Source of the DNA: the human T2T-CHM13v2.0 reference genome, Homo sapiens | Assembly (NCBI RefSeq): GCF_009914755.1 | Contig: NC_060947.1 | DNA: 64,000 nt | Direction: 5' to 3' (one strand) | Shown here: piece after piece, positions 44,991-57,170 of the stretch | Layout: every line of letters starts with the position of its first letter | Numbering within the stretch: the first letter of the stretch is position 1 | Notes under the pieces: model-generated | Seen by the model: the letters and a program-made list of their open reading frames with translations, nothing else | Told to the model about the DNA's origin: nothing | The model's database searches: none | Made by a program: the position numbers and the translations under genes

Positions 44991-47749
44991 CTCCTCTGGA
45001 GCCTTCCCAAGTGAGGCTCTTTTATATAAGGAGTCTGGTGGTGGGGGGAGAGAGAGCAGATATAGGTAAGAGAAGAGAGGGAAGTAGGGCACCAGTCCAC
45101 CCAAGCGCTCATCTCCCTTTCCCTGCCTGTCACCCCCAGTTCTGAAGCTTTGCCTTCGCTGGGGAGGAAGGAAGCAGAGAGGCTCTTGGGAAAGAAGGAT
45201 GGCAGGCTAAGAAGTCAGAAGCCCTTCACACCTTTCTCTCCAACCAGGCAGCAGCAACTCCCTGTGAGTCTTACTGAAAGATAGCTGCTGTGCTCCTCCC
45301 CATCCTAGAAGCAATTCCACAAAAACCCACCCTTCAAACCTTGATCTGAGAAGCTTTGAGGAGAGTGATTTGCCTGCTAATCACAGAGCAACTTGGTGGG
45401 GACAGGAAGGCTTCCACATGCATGTCTTTGCAAAGGTCTTTAGTGCTTAGCAAGCTGATACTGAGGCAGGAATGATGAGAACAACCGTTCCCAATGTCAG
45501 TGCATGTTAAGTACAATTGCAGCCATTACAAAATATGCAGTGGACTTTGAAAGTGACACCCATTGGCCAAGTCGGAAATAGCCAATTATATATCAGCTTT
45601 TGTTGAAACACAACCTCCTTGAAAACTATTTGCCCAGGATCTTGAATGCATATATATGTTTGTGGAGTTGTAAAATTCCCCTCACTTTTAATCTCCCTGT
45701 CCCTGTTCAGCACAATGCCCTGGCTGCCATATTTGCATCCCCAGTTGAGGGGTCTTCTGAAGCATTTGCGGACAATCCCCAAGTGAAACAAATATTCCGT
45801 CACCAGGCTGTCATGTGTCCCTGTGATCACTTTTCCTGCACTGAAAACAGATGGAGAAATGGTGACTCAGAGGACCCAGGGTTACAACCCATGTTTTCAT
45901 AAAGCACAATTATTCCACCTCGAATATTTCAGTTCATGAACTGTGAGTGACATGAGCATTCACTGGATGGGTTCAAATCCAGGCTTGAACTGCTCATTTT
46001 CTGATAAAACCATTAGGGTTGAGAGCTCTTTTATCTCTCAGAACCCCCACATGGAGTTCCTCAGGTTAATCATACTTGAAAAAAAGGGTCCAAGACACAG
46101 ATTTGGCAAATCTAGGCTGGGCATTGCTTCTGTGGAAAAAAGAAAGAAAGAAAGAAAAATGTTTCTTCAGAGGAAGTGATCAACATGCCCATCAACTACT
46201 CCCATGGCTAGTGGTCTAGATGCTTCTGTCTCCTACAGGGAAGGACTAGAAGTGGGGAGATGCACTAAGGGCCAGAGAGCAGAAATCCAGGTCTCAGAGT
46301 GTGCTCTGTGAGGAAGTGGACCATTTAATTCAGTACCATTTCCTGAGACCCTCAGGAAATGGGCTCAGCACCGTGTTGGCGACTGTGGGAGACAAGGCCA
46401 CCATGATGTACTGAATGGAGATTGGAAAATAGGCACTCCAGTGCCATAATAGGCCCCAGACAGCCCAAAGATGGTGAAAGGACACCTGAAGATTTGATTC
46501 AGGAGTGCCCTTTGAGGCAATTCACTTTAATTCTTTGTAGCCCAATGCCAGCACAGGACAGGGCTGACTGGCATGACTGTGGCCTGCTGTTGGGAGTCTC
46601 CTCTGGAGACAAGGGAGCCAGCCCCACCCCATGCCTTACCTCTCCCCAACACCATGCCTCCTGCCCAGGACCGTTTTTATGAACACCCTAGGAGCAGGAA
46701 ATGAGATGGCATGAGACAGCAATTCTACAAAGTGGTCTTTTTCTCCTGGCCACTCTCTAGAGAGGCTGGCAGGGTGAGGGGAGAGGAAATGCAATTTCAA
46801 TTGCTCCTGAGAGTCATGTAAGAAATTTAAGACTATTGGGAAGTGCTGGGGAGGAGGCTACTGGTTGAATGGTCGAGTTAGGGAAAGGGGTCCTTAAATG
46901 GAGCAAAAAACACCCTGTTAGGCTAAAATGTAAATACTAACCTTTTCATTAATAAACACTCAATGAAATGAATAATTTAGTCCACTGGCACCTTTTGTTT
47001 TAATCCTGAGTGGAAAGACTGTGGCAGCTCTTAACAAATGGCCCCCAGTGACTTCCTCTGTGGCCAGGACATGCTCCAAATGGTGGGCTCTGCCCCCACC
47101 CAAGCCTGCTGCATTCCCAATTAACACTTTTCAAAATGAAATTTAGGGTGCTTTTCTTCCTTCTTCCTAATGAGGTTTCTTCCTTCCCTGCTGTCTCGCT
47201 ACAAAGCTTGATTCTGTCTGAGTGTGTTCATATGGTGCTCTAGTGCGTTATCTGACCTTGATTGGTGTTTGGGGAGCCGGTTAAATAGATTACATGGGGG
47301 TTACCTTGGCAACTGTCTTCACTGATTTAGCAATGCGGTTCATTCTTGGACACAGGACTCTCGGCAACTCTGCGATCCCACTGCTGTGCGTTAATCATTA
47401 ACACCAAGTTGGACATCGGCTCTGCCAGGCAGCAGCCAGGAGCAAGACTGGGGACGAGCTGCCTTGAAGTCTTTTTAGCTATGACTAAGGAGGTCACCAC
47501 ATGGATCCCTAAGTGTGGGGCCACAGGAGAAGGCGATGGCAAGACTCCATCCTGAGGTCTGTCTGTCCCTTTTCCCATAGTGTTAAAAGGAGTTGAGAGA
47601 TCACTTGGCTTGTTCCATTGGGTTACAGATGGGCTTGCTGTGGGGATGCTATGCTCTTCTTCCCTCAGCTGGCAAGGTAGCCATGCTAGCTGTGACCCAT
47701 GGTCAGTTGGTATCTCCTCTGGCCCCATAGGGCTGCATGAAAGCAAAAA

Positions 47750-47940
47750 CAGGCTCTGAGGCATGGAGGCTCTGGCCCCTTGCTCACTGTGTGACTTTGG
47801 GTAAGTCACTTCACCTCCCAGAGTCTTGATTTTCTTTTCCATATATAACATGGGAAATCAGTAGTGCCTTCCTTCTAGCCCTGGTGAGGAGACATAAAGC
47901 AGCTGACGCAGAAGAGGCACTCAATCAATGCTGATGGTTA
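47750..47940 (+). mobile_element. MIR
   Basis: ctgtgtgactttgggtaagtcacttcacctc..gcactcaatcaatg. Confidence 0.6.
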
Positions 47941-49019
47941 TTATTACCTGGCTCCGTGGCTAACCGAGTGAGCTCCTAGTCATTGTGTATTAGATTAAGT
48001 TATTTAATCTGAAGCCAAAACTCACCCTCTGTCAAAATAATAATTATATCTATTTTATGGGTAAGGCTGAGACTCTGGCTAAGTAGTTCAGGTTGCATGC
48101 TGGTCAGAGCAAAGCCAGCATCAGAATTCAAGTCAAGCTCATCCTTCTCTGAGGCTTCAGAGCTGCATCTACCTGGGAACAATCAGGTGTCAGGGCCAGA
48201 GGCACCCACTGCTCCCCTGGAGTGTGCATCAGGGAAGTGGTCTTAGGCAGAAAGCACCTAGAGAATTAGCTCACCATGCCCATAGGCCAAGCTGACAAAC
48301 GTCAGGTGACAAGGGACAACTGGAGACTTGCACTGCTCCACTGTCTCTGCCTCTCTGGCTGTAGGGCACTCCTTGTTTACCCAGTGCTAACAGGAAAACA
48401 AGAAGGTTCTGCCTAATAAACCGACATACCCAGGTCTAAAGCATTTCATGGTTTGCGAAACATGTCCATGTCCACTTTATCCTTGACTGTTCCAACAACC
48501 CAGGGAGAGAAGGAAGCAGGGAACCAATCATCTTTCCATTTGGTTAGTGAGGCCAAGAGGGGTTATCTCTCTGACTGCACTTTCTGTACATGCACTCACG
48601 TTGCATTATGAAGAGTTCATGCCTCAATATTACCAAGAGCTGGAAACAGGCTGCAAGGAGGACATGTCAGCAGACAAATAGCCTCCCCAGTCTTGAAGTT
48701 TGTGACTGTCCAAGCTGGAAGAGCTGTTTGTGTCAGAGGGGGAGGAGGTAGATTGGGTGCATTTTAAGGAAGAGCTTGCATTGCTTTTACAAACCTCACT
48801 CACATGCACACTGCTCTCAACCCCTGTGCTATGGGTAAAGAGTATGGGCTTTAATGCCAAGCAGAGCTGAATTCACACCCTGACTTGGCTATTGTTTCCT
48901 CCCTGCAAATCAGTTTCCTGGGATAATAGCTACTTTCCTGGGTTGTTATAAAGAATGGAGTTAAGGTATGCTACATTCCTTTATCATGTAGGTAATGGAA
49001 TACTCTTAAACTTTTTTTA

Positions 49020-49940
49020 AGCAAAAGTAGCATTTGATCTGTGTTTTAGGAGGATAAAACTTCTACAAAGAGGATAGAATGAGAGATGGGGAGATCTAGC
49101 AATAATCCAGGCAAAAATGATGATGACTTGGAGTGGCGTGATAGCAGTGGAGGTGGAGACAAGTGGGTAGATTCTGGACATATCTGGGCCATAGACTGGA
49201 AAATGCCAAATGAGGGAAGAAGAGGAGTCAACAATGGCTTTCAGCTTTCTGGCTTGACCCACTGGGTGGCCGGTGTGTTGTTATCTCATGCTAAGATAGG
49301 GAGCACTGGGAAAGAGACAGGACTAAGGAAGGGGAAGGGAGATGATGAGTTCAATTTGGGATAACTTGGTTTGAGGAATCTGTGGAGCATCCAGAGAAGA
49401 TGTCTAGGGGATGACTGGTCATATACATCTAGATGCTTAGAGCTGGAGATAAGGGTGTGAGAGCCATCAGGGAGTACAGAAATGCTCATTGAAACCATAG
49501 GACTGGATGCAGGTGCTCAGGGAGAATGAGAGCAGTGGAAAGCCCCAGAAGAGTGTGAAGACAGGGAGTAACACGATTGTATGTTCAATTTAGAATGGTC
49601 ATGTCATGAAACATGGACAATGGATTGCAAGGAGAGAGACCACTGACAGGCTACCAGTCAGGAGTTTATTGTAGGCCAGAAATGAGGGGATGGCCTGGAC
49701 TACTGCAGAGGCAGGAGGCCTGGAAAGCAAGAGACAGATACCAGACATGGAGAAGCAGAATGGACAGTACTCAGTGACTGCTTGGCTGTGAGAAATGAGG
49801 GAGACGGAAAGGTCAAGGATGACTTGGGTAACAGGCCAGATAAGGGGCCATTAACTGAGATGATGAGCAGTGAATGTGGTACAGGTCTCAGGGAGGCTTG
49901 CTAAGTGAGAGGTGCCTGTGGAATCTCCTGGAGGACATGT
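49020..49940 (+). mobile_element. L2 fragments
   Basis: tggaggtggagacaagtgggtagattctggacatat; gatgagttcaatttgggataac; ggtcaaggatgact. Confidence 0.65.
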
Positions 49941-50221
49941 CCAGTAGCCAACTCCCAGTGCCAAGGAGAGGAAGTAGATGGTAGGTAGAGGGCAGTCTGT
50001 CAGCACCATCATCAGTCCTCAGGTGAGGACCAGTAAAGTGCTACAAAGAGAAAGGACTGCCCCATAACAGATGTTGGCAGCATTCAGCCCGTGGGCCAGA
50101 GAATCTCTCCAGTGACTCAGAAAGTTCCACCATTTAAAAAACCCCAGTTCTCCTCATAAGGAGGTGATATTGGTGGGATGCATATATTCATTCCTGGGCA
50201 AAGGCCAAGTGAATTGGCAAG

Positions 50222-52120
50222 TGATATGGTTGGGCTGTGTCCCCGCCCAAATGTGCTGCTGTAAAGATACCCAAAAATGTGGAAGCGATTTTGGAACTGG
50301 GTAAAAGGCAGAGGTTGGAACAGTTCAGAGGGCTCAAAATAGGACATGAAAATGTGGGAAAGTTTGGAATTTCCTAGAGACTTGTTGAATGGCTTTGACC
50401 AAAATGCTGATAGTGATATGGACAATGAAGTCCAGGTTGAGGTGGTCTCTGATGGAGATGAGAAACTCGCTGGGAACCGGAGTACAAGTCAATCTTGCTA
50501 TGTAAAGAGACTGGCAGCATTTTATCCCTGCCCTAGATGTCTGTGGAACTTTTAACTTGAGAGAGATGATTTAGGATATCTGGCGGAAGAAATTTCTAAG
50601 GGGCAAAGTGTACAAGAGGAAGCAGAGCATAAACGTTCGAAAAATTTGCAGCCTGACCATGCAGTAAAAAAGAAAAACTCATTTTCTGGGGGAGAAATTC
50701 AAGCCAGCTGCAGAAATGTGCATAAGTAACAAGGAGCCAAATGCTAACAGCCAAGACAATGGGAAAAATGTCTCCAGGGCATGTCAGAGACTTTAGTGGC
50801 AGCCACTCTCATCACAGGCCCTAAGGCCTAGGAGGGAAAAATTATTTCCTGGGCCAGGTCCAGGGACCCCCTGCTGTGTGCAGCCTCTGGCCTTGGTGCC
50901 CTGCATCCCAGCCACTCTAGCCATGGTTGAAAGGGACCAAGGTACAACTCCAGCTGTGGCTTCAGGAGGTGCAAGCCCCAAGCCTTGGCAGCTTCCACAT
51001 GGTGTTGAGCCTGCAGGTGCACAGAAGTCAAGAATTGAGGTTTGGGAACCTCCATTTAGATTTCAGGGGATGTATAGAAATACCTGGATGCCCAGGCAAA
51101 AGTTTGCTGCAGGGGCAGAGCCCTCATGGAGAACCTCCACTAGGGCAGTATGGAATGGAAATGTGGGGTCAGAGCCCCCATACAGAGTCTTTACTGGGGC
51201 ATGGCCTAGTGGAGCTGTGAGAAGAGGGCCACCATATTCTAGACCCCACAATGGTAGCTCCACTGACAGCTTGCACCATGCACCTGGAAAAGCCGCAGAC
51301 AATGCCAGCCCGTGAAAGCAGCTGGGAGGGGGGCTATACCCTGCAAAGCCACAGGGGCAGAGCTGCCCAAGACCATGGGAACCCACCTCTTCATCAGTGT
51401 GACCTGGATGTGAGACATGGAGTCAAAGGAGATAATTTTGGAGCTTTAAGATTTATTTACTGCCTCATTGGAATTTGAACTTGCATGGGGCCAGTAGCCC
51501 CTTAGTTTTGGCCAATTTCTCCCATGGAATGCCTGAATTTACCCAATGCCTATATCCCCATTGTTTCTAGGAGGTAACTAGCTTGCTTTTGATTTTACAG
51601 GCTCATAGGCGGAAGGGACCTGCATTGCCTTAGATGAGACTTTGGACTGTGGACCTTTGAGTTGATGCTAAAATGAGTTAAGACTTTGGAGAACTGTTGG
51701 GAAGGCATGATTGGTTTTGAAATGTGAAGACATGAGATTTGGGAGGGGCCAGGGGTGGAATAATACGGTTTGGCTCTGTCCCCATCTGAATCTCACCCTG
51801 AATTGTAATAATCCCCACATATCAAGGGTGGGGACAGGTGGAGATAATTGAATCACAGGGGTGAGCAGTTTCCCTCATACTGTTCTTGTGGTAGGGAATA
51901 AGTCTCACAAGATCTGATGGTTATATAAACAGGAGTTCCCCTGCACAAGCTCTCTTGCCTGCCACCATGTAAGACGTGACTTTGCTCCTCATTTGCCTTC
52001 CGCCATGATTGTGAGGCCTCCCTAGCCATGTGGAACTGTGAGTCCATTAAACCTCTTTCCTTTATAAATTACCCAGTCTTGGGTATGTCTTTATTAGCAG
52101 CATGACAACAGACTGGAACA
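50222..52120 (+). mobile_element. THE1C-type MaLR provirus: 31-bp 5' LTR stub, internal region, polypurine tract (51741-51760) and complete 3' LTR (51761-52120)
   Basis: tgatatggtt..cccaaat stub; THE1-int aaagatacccaaaaatgtggaagc..; LTR ccatgattgtgaggcctccc..ccattaaacctc. Confidence 0.88.
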
Positions 52121-52523
52121 GTGGGTGAGTTACCAAAAATTCGGCTGTGAGGTCCACAGTGTTCTGCTTTAGGTGATGTGGGGAAAGGCCAAGGAAACTG
52201 AACATTTGACTCCCGCACCCCTCCAGAGGTATGATCCAGTATGATCAGAGACAATTGTTCCAAACATCAAGTGTGTTCTGAGGCCTCCATTGTTGAGGCG
52301 GCTTGTGTTTGCTCCCCAGAATATTCATATTTTAAATATTGGAACAAGCAGCAAGTGTCACAAAAGTTTGGCTGGCAAGAGAGTGATGCAATTTGCCACC
52401 TACAAATGTGGGCAAGCTTAAGAAATGACAGCAAGAGGTGTTGGGGGCACCCAGTGAGGAGCTGGGGAGAAGGGAAGAAGGTGCTCCCATGTTTTCTAAG
52501 CACTTCCCTGGCCATTGGCTCTT

Positions 52524-52536
52524 TTTTCCTTTCTTT

Positions 52537-52572
<36 letters not shown>

Positions 52573-52688
52573 AGATGGGGGTCTTGCTATGTTGCCTGAG
52601 CTGGTCTCAAATTCTTGGACAGAAGTGGTCCTCCCACCTCAGCCACCCGAGTAGCTGGAATTACAAGCGTTTACCACCACATCTGGCT
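52524..52688 (-). mobile_element. Free Alu left monomer (FLAM)
   Basis: Poly-T followed by gagatgggggtcttgctatgttgcc..ctggct; single monomer. Confidence 0.8.
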
Positions 52689-52701
52689 GCCAATGGCTTT
52701 T

Positions 52702-52989
52702 TCTTTTTAGATGGAGTTTCACTCTGTTGCCCATGCTAGAGTGTAGTGGTGCAATCTCAGCCCACTACAACCTCCGCCTCCCGGCTTAAAGAGATTCTCC
52801 TGCCTCAGCCTCCTGAGGAGCTGGGATTACAGGCATACACCACCACACCTGGCTAATTTTTGTATTATTAGTAGAGACTAGGTTTCACCATGTTGGCTGG
52901 GCTGGTTTCGAATTCCTGACCTCGAGTGATCCACCCGCCTCAGCCTCCCAAAGAGCTGGAATTACAGTCTTGAGCCACTACGCCTGGCC
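52702..52989 (-). mobile_element. AluS (Sx/Sz-like)
   Basis: Full antisense dimer ending cgcctggcc. Confidence 0.88.
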
Positions 52990-53193
52990 ATGCTATTGGC
53001 TCTTGACATCCCAATGCCTTTGAGGCAGGCAGAGCAAATACTATATTCATCTTTTGACAGCTGGAGAAACTCAGGCCCAGAGTAGGAAATATGAGGGATT
53101 ACCCAATGAATTCAGTTCCAGTAAAACTGTTCCTGGACCCAGAACTCCTGCCTCCCAGTTTGGTAGAGGTTCCATTTCATCATTTGGCCCTAG

Positions 53194-53352
53194 GCAGTGG
53201 TATGCTGGAGCTGGTCCATACTGGTTCTCAAAGATGTTCATTAAATTTTCAGAAATTCTGGAGACTGTTGACAGAATGTTGGTAGTTTGAAATCAGTCAT
53301 GATGTGACTATTTACACCATGGAAATTGGCAAATGCTACCAATATACCAGCA
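53194..53352. mobile_element. MER63-like hAT-Blackjack fragment
   Basis: cagtggtatgctgg..tatttacaccatggaaattggcaaatgctac. Confidence 0.6.
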
Positions 53353-54812
53353 GTCCCAAGTCATTGCAGACCCATCTTCCATTGCCAAAGGCTGTGTCCA
53401 CTGCCCGGGCCTGTGAGTTATGGTTTGGTAGCTGCATGGGAAAGTGGCTACCAGAGGAATTAGATGATAAAGGGATTTGAGGGTCAGCACTCTGGCTTGA
53501 GTCTTACAGAGTGTTTCTAGCACTTGTTCCAGAGACACCCAACTGGCCATGCTAATTTACTGCTGTTGCCAATAACCCAAAGAGAATTTCCACTTTTTCC
53601 ATTAAAACACCAAGTTTTAAATTATGAGTTAGAGCAAAGGGGGACTCATTGGCATGGTGTCTCATTTCATTTCCACTATATTATTTTGGATATTAAACAC
53701 ATCTGTCTTAGCCTTTTAGCCTGACTTAGATCATTATGGAAAAAGGAAAACCATATCACACTAAATCCCAAGAAGGAAGATTCAGGATATGAGAATTCCA
53801 AGCAATGAAAGGCACCATTTAAGAAAGAAACCAGAGCTCTACAAAAATAGGTATATTATTTGCTGTACATCATCTTGTTTCTTATGTAAAAGCAAAATCA
53901 ATTAGGGAGTTCACAGGCTTTTGGAGTGAAAAGAGTTAACAGAGAAGACAGTTTCTGCTGTTCACCCTTAAATAAATAGCTGCTGTTCTTGCTTGTTAAA
54001 ATGTAAAATTTCCAGATCCAAATGTCAGAGAATTCTAGGAAAAATTGCAAAACCATTACTTCATAAACATGTAATTGTGCTATTACTGCTAAATGCGATG
54101 ACATTCTATAAATATCATAGTTCAGGCCTCATGGTCTATAAATAGACCCAGTTAATCACCGGAAATATATTTTATTTCTTGAATTATAATGGAGTAATTA
54201 CAGAGTCTCCATTTTCCAGTGGCAGAGTCCATTCCCAGTTTTGGTGGTATCTTTCCTTCTGCTTGGGCCCTTCCATGGGACATAAATACTCTTCAGCAAG
54301 TATTAGGACAAGGACATTGCAGAGGATTCATTCCACTTGCCACAGCTCCAGCCTAGAACCCCGGGAAGTGTTTAGACTACACTTGTGAGGCCTTGTCACC
54401 CAGCACTGGTATAGATGGGTATTGGCACAGCTGACTGCACTGCATAGGGTGCCATTGTTAGGAGTGCACAGGCAGCTAGCTGATTAGATAAGTATGGGAT
54501 GCTGTGGACTCAGGTGCAGATGGAAGGGCAATCTGCAATGCCTTCTACTCAGCACCAAGCTAGACTGGAGGACTGACTCAGGTAGTGACTACCAAGTGGT
54601 TTAAACTGAAGGCCTTAAATCTGTTGTTGATTCTTTCCCAGAATCCCCAGTTGTATCTGGCTGCTATAAACAACCTCACTAGGCCACCTATTTGGCTATT
54701 TTGTAGCTTAAACCACGTCTTCATTTACAGAGTGAAGGCCAGTACACAATTTGCTACAGAATAGAATGTATTTTCTCCTTCCTCCCTTACAGTATACACA
54801 TCAGTGCCTTAA

Positions 54813-55277
54813 TGATGCAGGGCAGGCAAAGGGCGGCCTGCGAGGGCTCTTGGCTTTGCCAAGGAAAGAATTCAAGGTCAAGCCAGAGATAGAAGAAAAC
54901 AGCTTTATTGAAGAGGCAGTGTTACAGCTTCAGCGACTGCTCCCTCAGAGCAGGGCTACCCCTTAGGCAGAGAGTAGCAGCTCAGGGCATTTTTGCAGTA
55001 ATATTTATACCCAATTTTAGTTGCATGCAGATTAAGAGGGAGTTTATGCAGAAATTTCTATGGAGGAAGTAGTAACTTTTGGGTCATTGAGTCATTGCCA
55101 TGGAAAGGGGCAGTAACTCCTGGGTGTTGCTGCGGCAACAATAAATTGACATAGCACACTGGTGAGCATGTCTGATTGAAAGCTGCTTCTGCACTGGTTG
55201 GCCCTGTTTTAGCTAGTCCTCAATCTGGTCCAGTCTCCAAGCCCCACCTCTGGAGTCAAGTCCCACCTCCCACCTTA
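54813..55277 (-). mobile_element. ERV1 solo LTR, MER66-like
   Basis: ccctgttttagctagtcctcaatctggtcc..cctctggagtcaagtcccacctcc; aggaaagaattcaagg; minus-strand AATAAA. Confidence 0.75.
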
Positions 55278-56039
55278 ATAACGGGGTTATGTCAAGAAGT
55301 CAGGCATTCTTGGTGGCTTCAAGAATTCTGTGGACAAGGAGAGGTATCAAAGGCTACTAGCTTTTTCTGAGCATCAATTTCCCCATTTGTAAAACTGGAG
55401 AGCAGAAGGGCTATGGTGAGACAGAGTGGTAACTAAGGAGAGATTCCTTCCAATTCTGACATTACCTTGGGCCATGACCTTGGACATGTTCTCTCCTTTT
55501 TTTTGAATTGAGGAAAGAAAGAGGGAGAATATTGGCCCCTTGACCAATGCTTCAGGCCTGCACAATGGCTCAGTCAGCTGGCCATCTCTTCTACGGGGCT
55601 CCCTACAGTTCCTCTCTGAGCTCCCATACTATTTGGTATCCCACAGAGAGAGTGTTCTTTGATCCAACCACACAGCTGGGTTATGAGTATTGTTCTAGAA
55701 AACTTTACTGAAAATATTGTTTGTATATTTCTACCATCACTCTATATAGACTTTGTGGTAGAGTGGGCATTGTCCTATGTTAATAAAATAGGAATACTAA
55801 GACAAAAATAAAGAATTAGAGGAGAAAAATCTTGATAATTCCAAGGGTTAACATGATTTGGGGACTAAAAATAACGTTTATCCAGCAGTTTACTGGCAGC
55901 CAGAGGATAAAAAGAAAAAATCATGTAGGACTCCAGAGTTTTCATCATCAGAAAAAATGGAAACATTTTTATCTTCAAAGAGGCCTGTTTTTTCTTCCAT
56001 TGGCCCCAAATTCAGAAAGAAAATTTTTTTTTAACTGGG

Positions 56040-56473
56040 GATTTTTTTCATTTTATTTATTTTTATATTTTAATTATTTTAAAACTTTTAAATTTTTTAG
56101 TTGTTTAATTGACATAATAATTGTATCTATTCATGAAGTACATAGTGACGTTTTGATACATATAATGTAGAGCGATCAGATCAAGGTAATTAGCATATTC
56201 ATCATCTCAAACATCATTTCTTTGTGTTGGGAACATTCAATATTCTTCTCCTAGCTATTTGAAACTGTATAATATATTCTTGTTAACTACAGTGGTATAG
56301 AACACTAGAACGTATTCCTCCTATCTAGCTGTAATTTTGTATCCTTTAACAAATCTCTTCCTATCCCCCACTTCCTTCTACCCTTCCCAGCCTTTACTAT
56401 TCTCTGTTCTACTTTTTACTTCTATGAGATCAACTTTTTTTTAGCTTCCACATGAGTGAGCACTTGTGGTGTT
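56040..56473 (-). mobile_element. L1MA 3' end fragment
   Basis: taattgacataataattgta..gtaattagcatattcatcatctcaaac..ttctatgagatcaactttttt. Confidence 0.8.
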
Positions 56474-57123
56474 AGAGTTAAGATATTCAGTGGAACACTC
56501 ACTACAAGTTTGAAAGCAAATTCAGAAGACATTCATATGACGGCTTCTACGACCAATTTTTAATCAAGTTTAGGGTCCTTCTTGGCCATTCTGAGGGACT
56601 TGGAATTTATCTTGAGGACAATGGGAACTCATGGAAGGGTTTGGAGAGAGAAGTGACATGGTTAGCACCATGTGTGGGGCACACTTTGACTGCAATGTGT
56701 GGCACAAGCTAGAGGGGCAAGACTTTCAGGCAAAGAAGTATTGGAGTGGATCCTCAGCGATCCTACAGGTAACACGGCTAGTCTGTGGGTTGCACTGGTA
56801 GGAGGAGAGAGGGCAGCACCTTCCTTATGTGGAATTGAGCCATACTTTGCTGGTTGCTCTTGTCAGATTCCTGTATGCCATGGGCACAGGGCTTTCAGTT
56901 TTCCAAATGTGTCACTGTATCATGCTCCTTACTAAATCCCTGGGGGATTGGCTGGGCAGAATTCAAAACTGAGGGCAAGGGTCCTATGAAGTCATACACC
57001 TAATCAGGGCAGACGAGGGAGACAAGGGAGCCATGGTTCACTTCCAGTCTTCAGTCACCTCATCCAGGTCTCTGGCCCATTCTGTCCTGCCACTGGAAGT
57101 CAGACCCCTCCTTGTTGAATATG

Positions 57124-57126
<3 letters not shown>

Positions 57127-57169
<43 letters not shown>
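57127..57169. repeat. (TG)n microsatellite
   Basis: Read directly. Confidence 0.95.

Positions 57170-57170
<1 letters not shown>

Noticed and set aside
47327-47851. 174-aa minus-strand ORF
   Set aside because: It begins in a MIR and shows no recognisable domain or exon context.
50346-51478. Several 70-145 aa ORFs
   Set aside because: Broken remnants of the THE1-int MaLR ORF and its alternative frames.
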